DNA of 64,000 nucleotides, taken from the IMG/VR virus record IMGVR_UViG_3300002460_000003, positions 1-64,000 of that record; one strand, 5' to 3'. The position numbers and the translations under genes are program-made. The number at the start of each line of letters is the position of its first letter. The first letter of the stretch is position 1. The notes beneath the pieces were generated by a model. That model had not been told where the DNA came from. It worked only from the letters and a program-made list of their open reading frames with translations, and did not search any database. This DNA is from a virus. Shown here one piece after another: positions 36,427-45,854 of the stretch.

Positions 36427-36914
36427 TGAGCTTTTCTGTAAACACATATAGTCCTACGGATGTAACACTATCCTTTGGTGGTTATGTCCTTACTGGTTGG
36501 AACACAATTAATATCCAACGAGTATATGCTGGCATGACTGCTGTTGATGGTATCAATGGTAAGAACACCAGAGTACGAAATAACAATACAGCGGCAGTCA
36601 TTAATTTCTCATGCCTACAGTCAGGTGAGTCTAATGACATTTTATCGCAGATTCACGCACTAGATTTACAAACAGGCTCTGCAAGGATTTCACTTACACT
36701 TAAAGATTTATCTGGTTCAAGTATATTTACTTCATCCGAAGCATATATCCTTCAATATCCAGAAGTGGTGTTTAGTGATTCCTTTGAGTACCGAGTTTGG
36801 TCGATACGTTGTAACACAAGTGATGGTTGGATTGTTGGGGGCAATTTGCGTCCGTCCACGTCACTCTTTGATTCAGCCCTCAGTACCATTTCTGATATTG
36901 CGGGTCTTATTTAA
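36426..36914 (+). CDS. tail-tube-like protein (paralog)
   Basis: YSPTD..TGW..LKDLSG..RVW. Confidence 0.75.
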   Translation: MSFSVNTYSPTDVTLSFGGYVLTGWNTINIQRVYAGMTAVDGINGKNTRVRNNNTAAVINFSCLQSGESNDILSQIHALDLQTGSARISLTLKDLSGSSIFTSSEAYILQYPEVVFSDSFEYRVWSIRCNTSDGWIVGGNLRPSTSLFDSALSTISDIAGLI

Positions 36915-36926
36915 ATTCTGAGGAAA

Positions 36927-37241
36927 TTGGTAATGATTTTAGCACAAGTTGAAAAAGAAGTTGATGGTGAGAACTACATTCTCAAAACATTCCCTGCAAT
37001 GGTTGGTCTTGGTATTCAACACAAGATGCAAACTGAAGGTATGACCCCTGAACTAACTCGTGAAGTTATCTGTAAGGGAGCTTCCAAGGGTAGTATGGAT
37101 ATTGACGCAAAGTCTTTTGATAAGATGTTTGCTGGTCGTTATGCTCATATGTTTAAACTCCTTAGTGAGATTATGAAGCATAACTTCGGTGACATGGAAG
37201 AAGAAGGCCCAAACGTCGAAAGCGATTCAAGCGAAGAATAA
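36927..37241 (+). CDS. tail assembly chaperone (gpG-like)
   Basis: position before tape measure; slippery site near 3' end. Confidence 0.75.
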   Translation: MVMILAQVEKEVDGENYILKTFPAMVGLGIQHKMQTEGMTPELTREVICKGASKGSMDIDAKSFDKMFAGRYAHMFKLLSEIMKHNFGDMEEEGPNVESDSSEE

Positions 37242-37483
37242 AAGCTAGTGAGTCGCAAGTACAAACAGCAGAAGTAAAAAGAATAGCAGAGGAGTTTAGT
37301 GGAAGCTTTGAAGTAATGCGTTTGTTAATGTATGAACCAAGGCTCTGCACTTTACATGAACTACAAACAATCTATAGCGTTGAAGATATGTATTTCATGC
37401 TAGAGATGATAGATGTACAAGATACACTGAAAGAAGAACAGAAGAAAGCATCAGCTCCAAAAGCCCAACCAAGGATAAGATAA
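37208..37483 (+). CDS. -1 frameshift extension of tail chaperone (gpGT-like)
   Basis: C CCA AAC heptamer at 37208-37214; -1 frame open to TAA 37481-37483 with LCTLHELQTIYS.ED motif. Confidence 0.75.
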   Translation, partial: PKRRKRFKRRIKASESQVQTAEVKRIAEEFSGSFEVMRLLMYEPRLCTLHELQTIYSVEDMYFMLEMIDVQDTLKEEQKKASAPKAQPRIR

Positions 37484-37486
37484 TTT

Positions 37487-38470
37487 ATGCAAAAATCAGA
37501 GTTAGAAGATGATTTTGTCGGGCATGAGTTCGGTGTGGATAATCAACTTGTAGTGATAGGTTGGTTTGGTGAGTTAGTGGGTAGTAACAGAAAGTATACA
37601 GTCAAATGTAATAAGTGCTCTGGCGATAGTGAACTATATGGCAATGGTGAATTTCTTATTACTAAGAGTAAAATACTTGACGGTAGGATGCCATGTGGTT
37701 GCTCAAAAGCTCCAAAGAGGACTAAAGAGCAATACGAGATTCTGATAAAAAGAGCTTGCTCGGAAGATAACTATAAGTTCATGGGTTGGGATGGAGAGTT
37801 TATTGGTGTAAAGTCAAGGGTGTTAATTGAATGTCCTTGCCACAACATCTGTACATCTAAAGTGATTAATGACTTTCTTTCTGGTGGCAGGCGGTGCATA
37901 GAAGCTAGGCGAGATAAAGTTAAAAACACTTTACTCCAGTCTGAAGATGAAGTTATTAAAAGGTTTTTCGACACTGGTGCTTTCCATAAAGAAACAGTTT
38001 TTAAAAGAAGCGGTAGAATTGTTCCTTGTGAGAGGTACAGAGAAGGAGTCAAGCCTTATTGGTTTGTTACCTGTGGTGAATGCAAAGAAAGTTTTGAGAC
38101 TTTATATAGTACACTTCTTAAAGGTGGAATGTCCTGTGGATGCTTTCGACATAAACAAACATTGTCCTACATAAATGGACTGCATGATAAAGAAACTATT
38201 GTAGCAATTAAGATAGGCATAACATCCTCCATAATAAATAGAGAGAAACAACAAGCGCTTGCTTGTATATTTTCAATTAAATCGCTGGGTGTTTGGAAGT
38301 TTAGCACTGTCACAGATTGTAAGGCAGCAGAATCTGAGATTAAAACAACACTTCCTTGTGGGGTTATTAATAAGATTGAAATGAAAGATGGTCATACAGA
38401 AACTTTATCCACACTATACATTGATGAAGTTATTAATATTTATGAAAAATATGGTGGAATTAAAGTATGA
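37487..38470 (+). CDS. free-standing putative homing endonuclease (Cys-rich repeats, C-terminal KIGIT nuclease-like domain)
   Basis: CNKC, PCGC, CGEC..SCGC; SYI..KIGIT..RE..E..GHTET; inserted between chaperone and tape measure. Confidence 0.7.
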   Translation: MQKSELEDDFVGHEFGVDNQLVVIGWFGELVGSNRKYTVKCNKCSGDSELYGNGEFLITKSKILDGRMPCGCSKAPKRTKEQYEILIKRACSEDNYKFMGWDGEFIGVKSRVLIECPCHNICTSKVINDFLSGGRRCIEARRDKVKNTLLQSEDEVIKRFFDTGAFHKETVFKRSGRIVPCERYREGVKPYWFVTCGECKESFETLYSTLLKGGMSCGCFRHKQTLSYINGLHDKETIVAIKIGITSSIINREKQQALACIFSIKSLGVWKFSTVTDCKAAESEIKTTLPCGVINKIEMKDGHTETLSTLYIDEVINIYEKYGGIKV

Positions 38471-40317
38471 CACAAATTTCAAGCTACTATGCTAAGGTTT
38501 CCTTGTCTACGGATATGGCTGCGCTTAAGAAGGTAGATAGGTATTTAAAACTATTAGAAGCTAAACTGGCTAAGTTCCATAAAAAAGGTAAGATTGGTAA
38601 TGGTGTATTTAATATCAATTTTGCTTTTAATACTAATAGACTTCAATTTGAAGTACAGAAAGCTTTCAATGATGTTAGTCGCAGGGTAATTTTTCCTGTA
38701 AATAGGTTCCAGATAGACCAGAGTAGACTGACCAGAGATATTAATTCATCTATTCGTCAGGCTATGTTGGGCGTAAACAGGAATCTAACATTGAACCCTA
38801 GGGTAACACAGCCTAGAGGTGTTACTGGCAGAGCAGCAGCGTTAGGGCAACCAACTGGAGGTCTTTCAGCTCGTCAAGCTGGTCTTGCTGGTGGGTCTGC
38901 TGGAATCTTTAGTCGTTATGGTGGTCCTGCTATTCTTGGTGGTGCAACTCTTTATGGTGGGTCTGCACTTAATAGAGCTAACCAAGAAATCATTAGCGCT
39001 CAATTGACTACACAAGCCGTAGTTGAGGCGCAGGGTTTAAAGGGAGAAGGACCAGCAGCATTTGAATGGTTGAGAGGACAAGGTAATCGTATTGGTTTTA
39101 GTTATCTAGATCAAGCACAAGATTATAACAACTTCCTATCTAACAGCCTTGGTGCTGGTAGAACACTAGACCAAGCTCAGAACACATATCTTGGCTTTGC
39201 TGAGTATGCGAGAGCAATGGGTACATCGCCAGCTCGCCAAAAGTTAGTAATGAACGCACTATCTCAAATGGAGGCAAAAGGAACTGTCTCTATGGAGGAA
39301 TTGCGTAGGCAAATGGCTGAATCAATGCCGGGCACTATGTCGGTATTCGCTGAAGCTTTGCAACGCCAAACAGGTGGAGGATTGCAAGGACAGGAGGCCA
39401 TGCAAGCGCTTATGGAAGCAGTTCCAGAAGGTAGAGTTAAGTCTGATATCCTTCCTATTGTTTCTGAAATTCTGAGAGAGAGAGCAAAGCCTAAACTAGA
39501 CATTGCTATGAAGACTTCTCAAGCTGAACAAGCAAGAGCCGTTAACCTCCTTACTGACTTCACTAATATTGCATCTAAGGCTGGTCTTGAGGAAGGTTTC
39601 TCACGAATCTTTAGAACATTCACAGATGGATTGAGTGAGTCTTCTGGATTAGTTGAAAGAATGGCTCGCGGATTTAATGAGCTAACAAAACACGCAAGAG
39701 ACTTACTTCTATTCCCGGAATCTTTTGTAAGAGCATTAGAAGGGAGAGATAGCGTAATTGCTGATTGGTTAGGTGCTGATGTAAGTGCCCAGCTAGTTAA
39801 AGACTGGACAGAGATTAAGAATCTGTTTGGTGATATTATGGGATTTGAAACTCCATCTTGGCTCCCAACTCTAGAAGCAACAGCCAAAGAGATTGCTGGT
39901 ATTATGAATCTAGTGGCTGAGTTTCAGCGTTGGAGAGAGGGAGCATTTCCCACAGTAGTTGCTCAAGATACATCAACCCCTGTTGCTGCTCTAAGTTCAT
40001 TTGCAAATAATTCTCTTATGAATATTGGTGCTGCTAAGGCTAGGGGTCAAGCGGTCTATGGTGATCCTACATCTCCTTATTACAAAGACCCTGCTGGCTA
40101 TGATACACAAATGCGGGAGAAAGCATTAGCTGAAATGCAACCAAACAGCACTCAAAATACCATGAGTATTGGTTCTATTAATGTGGAAGTCAATGGGGGT
40201 GATTGGGCTGGTGAAAATCCTACTGAGTCCGCTCAACAACTTGCAGATAAAATTATATATCAAGTTAAAGAGCAACTTCTTGGCGAAGCATGGCAGATGT
40301 ATCCACAAACCCAATAA
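38467..40317 (+). CDS. tape measure protein
   Basis: ALSQM..KGTVSMEELRRQMAE.MPG tape-measure motif. Confidence 0.9.
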   Translation: MTQISSYYAKVSLSTDMAALKKVDRYLKLLEAKLAKFHKKGKIGNGVFNINFAFNTNRLQFEVQKAFNDVSRRVIFPVNRFQIDQSRLTRDINSSIRQAMLGVNRNLTLNPRVTQPRGVTGRAAALGQPTGGLSARQAGLAGGSAGIFSRYGGPAILGGATLYGGSALNRANQEIISAQLTTQAVVEAQGLKGEGPAAFEWLRGQGNRIGFSYLDQAQDYNNFLSNSLGAGRTLDQAQNTYLGFAEYARAMGTSPARQKLVMNALSQMEAKGTVSMEELRRQMAESMPGTMSVFAEALQRQTGGGLQGQEAMQALMEAVPEGRVKSDILPIVSEILRERAKPKLDIAMKTSQAEQARAVNLLTDFTNIASKAGLEEGFSRIFRTFTDGLSESSGLVERMARGFNELTKHARDLLLFPESFVRALEGRDSVIADWLGADVSAQLVKDWTEIKNLFGDIMGFETPSWLPTLEATAKEIAGIMNLVAEFQRWREGAFPTVVAQDTSTPVAALSSFANNSLMNIGAAKARGQAVYGDPTSPYYKDPAGYDTQMREKALAEMQPNSTQNTMSIGSINVEVNGGDWAGENPTESAQQLADKIIYQVKEQLLGEAWQMYPQTQ

Positions 40318-40326
40318 GGAGGGTCT

Positions 40327-41139
40327 ATGAGTTTAGGCTTACACTGGGGCAGCACAGAGCGCCCTGAAGACCCTTCGGGTTTTATTTACTTCGATGTTGT
40401 CACTGCATACTCACAAGATTATAAAGGTAAAGTAACTAGTCACCCGGTAGACTCTGGGGCTAATATTACAGATCACTTCATTAGAGAGAATCCAACATTC
40501 TCTCTTTCTGGTGTTATCTCTGGTGTTGATATCTCCCCAATCCCAAGTTTGATTAGAGACTTTCAAGGGTTGCAACCAAACAATGCTAACCCTCAACCTG
40601 AACCAATCTCAGTAAATAGTGGTACTTCTGGTCTTTTACAATTTCTTCCTGATTCGATTGGTCAGTTTCTAAACCTTGGTAATCCAATTGCTGAACTTGG
40701 TAATAATGGTCTTAGGAATGACTTCACAGAAGAAGTTAGGGATTCACTCATCGGCATCCTCTCTGGTGTTAAGTATAACCCTAAGACGGATAGGTATGAT
40801 AGTTTCATCCAAACAGTAGAAATCTATGAGTTTGATGGTTATAATATTAAGTCGATTGTCTTTGATCTAGTGTTAACCAACTTTAAGATTAGACAAGATG
40901 TCAATACTGGTGATGCACTTTATTTTGATTGCAGTCTAGAACAAGTTACATTCGCTACTTTAGAAAAGACAGAACTACCGCAAGATGTTCAGAACGCACT
41001 AAAGAAGAAAGTTACACCAACAGCTAAGAAGGGTAAGAAAGGAAGTACACCTAAAGACTGTGCTGCTGCTCAAGAGGCAGGGGATACTACAGCGCCCGCT
41101 ACCCCTGCTGAAGACCTTGATCCACTAAGAAAACAATAA
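40327..41139 (+). CDS. baseplate/tail tube initiator (Dit-like)
   Basis: VTSHPVDSGANITDH motif. Confidence 0.75.
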   Translation: MSLGLHWGSTERPEDPSGFIYFDVVTAYSQDYKGKVTSHPVDSGANITDHFIRENPTFSLSGVISGVDISPIPSLIRDFQGLQPNNANPQPEPISVNSGTSGLLQFLPDSIGQFLNLGNPIAELGNNGLRNDFTEEVRDSLIGILSGVKYNPKTDRYDSFIQTVEIYEFDGYNIKSIVFDLVLTNFKIRQDVNTGDALYFDCSLEQVTFATLEKTELPQDVQNALKKKVTPTAKKGKKGSTPKDCAAAQEAGDTTAPATPAEDLDPLRKQ

Positions 41140-41153
41140 GGAAGGAGATACAA

Positions 41154-41489
41154 ATGACTGTTCAATATGTACCACTTCCTCTATTCACTGATGCTGATTA
41201 TAGTTACTCTATTGCATTAGAAGGTGAAGCATTTATTTTCAGAGCTTATTATAATGAAAGGGCTGCTCAGTGGTTCTTTGATTTAAACTTTGAAGATGGT
41301 ACTCCACTTATCCTTGGTGTTGGTTTAGTCCCTTCTTATATTATTGGCTTGGATTATGTACTGACCCCAATTACTGGTTATATTTGGTTAGAGCCTATCG
41401 GTACAATTAATACTGAGAAATATAAAGAGTTTCCTTTCGAGTTATCTGAATACTATAAGTGCTTTTATATCTATGATGATGGTGAATAA
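41154..41489 (+). CDS. baseplate protein
   Basis: YNER..W..DGT.L..G..LVP motif. Confidence 0.7.
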   Translation: MTVQYVPLPLFTDADYSYSIALEGEAFIFRAYYNERAAQWFFDLNFEDGTPLILGVGLVPSYIIGLDYVLTPITGYIWLEPIGTINTEKYKEFPFELSEYYKCFYIYDDGE

Positions 41490-42371
41490 ATGGCTATCAT
41501 CTACCAAAAGAATAGAGCATATTCGTTAATCATTGGTGATATTGAAACAGGTGATGGATTTGAAGTCACTGAACTTAATATCTCCTTTGATGTTTCCAAG
41601 TCAAGTTCAAACAAAGACAAGACAAACAGTTGTGTAATTGAAGTTTATAATCTTTCTAAAGAGAAACAAAAGCTTTTAGAAAAAGATTATATTGCTGCTG
41701 TACTTAGTGCTGGTTATCATGACACTGCAATCAAAAGGTTGTTTGCTGGACAAGTAACAGAAGCCACTACACGCAAATCAGGTACAGATAGTATCACTCA
41801 GATTCGTATGGGTGCGGCTTATACAGAACTAAACCACTCAACACTAAGTAAGTATGTAGCACCCGGTAAGACCTACAGAGACGTTCTTGAAGAGATTCGT
41901 AAAGAGCTTCCCGGTGTTTCTCGTGCGGTGTATAACGGAACTAACCTAAACAATCCTGTGTTAGATGGTTATCCGCTCTCTGGTACAGCTAGAGAGCTGT
42001 TAGATGAGATTAGTGAAGCACAGCAAGTTGAGTGGCATGTTGATGATGGTGTTCTTTACGCTAATGATATGTCAGGCACATCAACAGATAACCTTGCAAC
42101 ATCATTTATAATTAACAAGACAACTGGTTTGATTGAACTTCCATATGCTGTTAGCGGTGATCATGCCAGAGCCAAGAAAGACCCAGTTAAAAAGACTGGT
42201 GTACAAATGAAGATTCTTCTCAATCCTGAGATACTTCCCGGTTCTATCATTCTCCTAGAAGATGATAACTTTGGTGGATACTACAAAGTAGAGTCCACCA
42301 GAACATATGGTCAATGGCGTGGTAATGATTGGTATACGGATTTAAGATGTTCACAAAAGATTAAAGTATAA
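41490..42371 (+). CDS. baseplate hub protein
   Basis: IEVYNL, LSAGY, LLNP.I.PG, G..RGNDWY. Confidence 0.8.
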   Translation: MAIIYQKNRAYSLIIGDIETGDGFEVTELNISFDVSKSSSNKDKTNSCVIEVYNLSKEKQKLLEKDYIAAVLSAGYHDTAIKRLFAGQVTEATTRKSGTDSITQIRMGAAYTELNHSTLSKYVAPGKTYRDVLEEIRKELPGVSRAVYNGTNLNNPVLDGYPLSGTARELLDEISEAQQVEWHVDDGVLYANDMSGTSTDNLATSFIINKTTGLIELPYAVSGDHARAKKDPVKKTGVQMKILLNPEILPGSIILLEDDNFGGYYKVESTRTYGQWRGNDWYTDLRCSQKIKV

Positions 42372-42381
42372 GGAGCTAAGT

Positions 42382-43167
42382 GTGTCTCGTGAAAAAAGTA
42401 TGCAAGAGCTTCTTAATAACTCTTTTAGTTATAACATGAATAACATCCACACAGCTATTCCAGCTATTGTTGTGACTGTTCGTAATGACCTAGAAGATAT
42501 GACGCTGGATGTTCAACCAACTTTAAATATTAAAAATAAAAATGGTTCTATAGAAGAACGTCCAGTGGTACTTAATGTTCCATTTCAGTTCCCATCATCT
42601 AGTACAGCAGCTTTTACCTTTCCAATTAATGTAGGTGACTCTGTTCTGCTTATCTTCTCCATGAGGGGGTTGGATACATGGAAAAGGGGAACAGGTAGAC
42701 AAGTAACACCAACAGATTTCAGGAAGTTTGATAAGAAAGATTGTTTTGCCATTCCCGGCATCCATACTATTTCTAATTCAATCAATGACCCTCAAAAACG
42801 TTTCTGGCCTCATAGTACACTAGATGCTGTCTTAGTAAATAACATCGGTACAGGTCAAGAAAACGAAGTAAGACTTAAGGCTTCTGGTGACGTTATCGTC
42901 AACACTCAACAGAATGTTGAAGTGAATTGCAATAATGCTACTGTGACTGCTCAGGCTGATATAACAATGACTTGTGCTAACTTTAGTCTGGATGCCTCTA
43001 CTTCTATTACTGTTACATCCCCAACTACAACTTGGATTGGTGACATTAATCAGACTGGTAATTACAACATCACTGGCTCTTATATCTTAACAGGTACAAG
43101 CACCTTTAATGGTATTGCCTTTGATACGCATGATCACATCCCTGGCCCTGGCCCATCTAATCCATAA
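42382..43167 (+). CDS. baseplate central spike (Gp138-like)
   Basis: HTAIPA..VQP..FPI..GD..LIFS.R..D.W; C-terminal HxH (THDH). Confidence 0.85.
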   Translation: MSREKSMQELLNNSFSYNMNNIHTAIPAIVVTVRNDLEDMTLDVQPTLNIKNKNGSIEERPVVLNVPFQFPSSSTAAFTFPINVGDSVLLIFSMRGLDTWKRGTGRQVTPTDFRKFDKKDCFAIPGIHTISNSINDPQKRFWPHSTLDAVLVNNIGTGQENEVRLKASGDVIVNTQQNVEVNCNNATVTAQADITMTCANFSLDASTSITVTSPTTTWIGDINQTGNYNITGSYILTGTSTFNGIAFDTHDHIPGPGPSNP

Positions 43168-43178
43168 GGAGAAGTATC

Positions 43179-43544
43179 ATTGATATTCTACTAGATGAAA
43201 GCACTCACGATGCTATATTCTTCAATGGGCCTCTTACAAAAGAGTATACCACTCAGCCGTATACTCAGACAACTGCACAACGACTTAAGATTCGTCTGCT
43301 AACTTTCCAAGAAGAGTATGTTTTTAATACAACATATGGTGTTCCCTACTGGCAACAGATTCTAGGTAAGAAGACAACTAAAGCAGCAGTTGACCTTTTG
43401 TTCCAACAACAAATCCTTCTAGAAACCGGTGTGAAAGAAATCACATCCTTTTCTTCAACTCTAGTAAATAGAAATTACTCAATGACTTTCAGAGTGAAGG
43501 TTGTTAGCGGTGAAGAAACAACTCCAATTACAATCACCCTGTAG
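43179..43544 (+). CDS. baseplate wedge protein (gp25/gp46-like), non-canonical ATT start; not in ORF track
   Basis: TAAGGAG SD, 7 nt, ATT GAT ATT CTA CTA; 121-codon frame with QRLKIRL.TF..EY.FN..YGVPY.QQILG. Confidence 0.8.
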   Translation: MDILLDESTHDAIFFNGPLTKEYTTQPYTQTTAQRLKIRLLTFQEEYVFNTTYGVPYWQQILGKKTTKAAVDLLFQQQILLETGVKEITSFSSTLVNRNYSMTFRVKVVSGEETTPITITL

Positions 43545-43574
43545 TCAATCAGGGAAATATTCTGAGGAAATTAC

Positions 43575-45038
43575 ATGGCATTTGGCATAACTCCAGAAGG
43601 ATTCGTCCTCAAACGCTTACAAGATATTCTAACAGAGCAAAGGGTGAAAGCAAGAGAGTTGTTTGGTGATCTGGTAGCCCCCGGCGATGTAGTGGACGTA
43701 TCAGACAGCTCTGTACTTGGTCGTCTAATCAATATGGATGCCTTTGGTGATGCTGACCTTTGGGAAGTAGCCCAACAGTCCTACAGCGCTCTTGATCCTA
43801 ATTCAGCCACTGGTATTGCTCTAGATAACATTGTTCAATATGGCGGCATTAGTCGTCAAGGTGCTTCAGCTACAACAGCCATTGGTTTGTTTGCTGGTAG
43901 TAATGGTACTCTGATTCCAGCAGGTAATACAGTAGCAGCTCCAGTTACAGGTACTCAATTCACTGTAACGGACAGCGTTGCATTATCTCCATCGTTGGCT
44001 GCTGGTATCACCGTTGCTGTTCTGACTGTAACCGATAGTGTTAACTATACAATCAACTATACTGTCAGCACTACAACAACAAACACAGTTACCTACAACT
44101 CAGGTGTTGGTGCTACAACAGCCAACATCCTAGCTGGTTTACAAGCTGAGATAACATCTTCACATCCTTTGCTAATTGCTACAGTTGTAGGAACTACTCT
44201 TGTTGTAGACAGAGTTGATGTATTTCAAGCAAGTACGTTCTCTACTGGTACTCGTTTAAACATTACTAAAGTGAAGAAGATTGGTAGTCTACAGGCAACC
44301 GCTGATGGTCCTCTAGAGCAAGAAGCTAACACAATCACGCAGATTATTACTCCTGTCCTTGGTTGGGATAGTGTTACAAACCCACTTGAAGCATCTGCCG
44401 GTACTCTTAAGGAAACTGATGAAGAGCTTCGCATTAGGTTTCGTAATACTAAACTAGAACGTTCAAGTAACATCCTAGACAGTCTGTACTCAGCACTACT
44501 TAATCTTACAGGTGTTGATGAAGTAGCTATCTACGAGAATGACACTGACATCACAGACTCTAATGGTGTCCTTCCTCATAGTTTCCTTCCTATTGTACTT
44601 GGTGGTAGCTCTCAGTTAATTGCTGACACTATCTGGGAAAATAAACCAATGGGCATTAGAAGTCAAGGTAACACAGTAATTAGTGTTACTGATACCCAAG
44701 GCTTCCCACATGACATTGGTTTTGAAAGACCAAACCCTGTGACAATCTACATGATTATCAATTTAAGCTTGAACCCTGAAGACCCAACTACCTTCCCCGG
44801 TGATGGTGTAGCCCAGATTCAAAGTAATATTCAGTCTTATGCCGGTGACAATCTTGGTGTTGGTAGAGACGTTATTTTCTCTCGGCTATTTACTCCTGTT
44901 AACGAAGTTCCGGGACATCAGGTAGACAGTATGTTTATTGGTACATCCCCAGCGCCTGCAACTACTGCCAATATAATCGTTCCGTTCAATGGTATTGCCA
45001 GCTTTGAAACTGTAAATCTTATAATTAATGTGGCATAA
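43575..45038 (+). CDS. baseplate J-like protein
   Basis: DPNSATGIALD, ETDEELR.R, IYENDT..PHS. Confidence 0.88.
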   Translation: MAFGITPEGFVLKRLQDILTEQRVKARELFGDLVAPGDVVDVSDSSVLGRLINMDAFGDADLWEVAQQSYSALDPNSATGIALDNIVQYGGISRQGASATTAIGLFAGSNGTLIPAGNTVAAPVTGTQFTVTDSVALSPSLAAGITVAVLTVTDSVNYTINYTVSTTTTNTVTYNSGVGATTANILAGLQAEITSSHPLLIATVVGTTLVVDRVDVFQASTFSTGTRLNITKVKKIGSLQATADGPLEQEANTITQIITPVLGWDSVTNPLEASAGTLKETDEELRIRFRNTKLERSSNILDSLYSALLNLTGVDEVAIYENDTDITDSNGVLPHSFLPIVLGGSSQLIADTIWENKPMGIRSQGNTVISVTDTQGFPHDIGFERPNPVTIYMIINLSLNPEDPTTFPGDGVAQIQSNIQSYAGDNLGVGRDVIFSRLFTPVNEVPGHQVDSMFIGTSPAPATTANIIVPFNGIASFETVNLIINVA

Positions 45039-45047
45039 GGAGTAGAC

Positions 45048-45839
45048 ATGATTATTCCTTTTGATTCGGAGGATTATCTAGAGACAGCAAGAAGCCAAAT
45101 CACTGAACAGTTCAAGGATAAAGATATCCTAGACCGTTACCTACAACTAATCATTGACCAACAATATACAATCCAAGAGGTATTCAAAGACTTACTTCAG
45201 AAAAGAAGTATTGATGAAGCTACTGGGGCAACACTAGATATTATTGGGGAGATTGTTGGTCAACCAAGAGAACTAATCTCTGCTGATCTATTTGACTTCT
45301 TTGGTTTCCAAGGTGCGTTGAAAGCTGGTGGCTACGGGGATTTTGGTAATCCGGCAGTTGGTAGTAGATGGTATGACTTTGGACAACCTCTTGGTGGCAA
45401 CATTCTCCTTGATGATGAAACATATCGTCTGTTCATCAAAGCTAAGATTCTAAAGAATAATACAGCATCTACTCCTGAAGAATTTATTGCTTTCATTAAC
45501 TTCTTGTTTGGTACAGCTACTACAGCGTATCTTGCAGAAGGCGAAGCAGAGTATACCATTCTATTTGGCAGAGAGCTTACAGCTTTCGAGCAGGTGTTGT
45601 TGAACTATACATCATCTAGTGCAGGGTATCCATCAAGACTTATTCCAAAAACTGTTGGTGTTAGGGTTAATTTTGGTTACTTCCTAGCCGATGATTACTT
45701 TGGTTTCCAAGGTGCTCCAGGTGCTAAAGGTTATGGTGATTTGACAGGAACATATGGCTATGGACTTGGATATGGACTTGGTTACGGTGATTCAGATTTT
45801 GCAATTATAGGTGGCGGAACATACGCTACCTTATTTTAA
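45048..45839 (+). CDS. baseplate protein (DUF2612-like)
   Basis: GATLDIIG.IVG..R, FFGF, LDDETYR.FIKAKI.KN. Confidence 0.85.
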   Translation: MIIPFDSEDYLETARSQITEQFKDKDILDRYLQLIIDQQYTIQEVFKDLLQKRSIDEATGATLDIIGEIVGQPRELISADLFDFFGFQGALKAGGYGDFGNPAVGSRWYDFGQPLGGNILLDDETYRLFIKAKILKNNTASTPEEFIAFINFLFGTATTAYLAEGEAEYTILFGRELTAFEQVLLNYTSSSAGYPSRLIPKTVGVRVNFGYFLADDYFGFQGAPGAKGYGDLTGTYGYGLGYGLGYGDSDFAIIGGGTYATLF

Positions 45840-45854
45840 CTTTGAGGATAAATA

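Noticed and set aside
45720-45800. GYG(L/D) peptide repeats as a DGR or variable repeat
   Set aside because: Short Gly-Tyr coding repeats; no reverse transcriptase or TR/VR pair is seen
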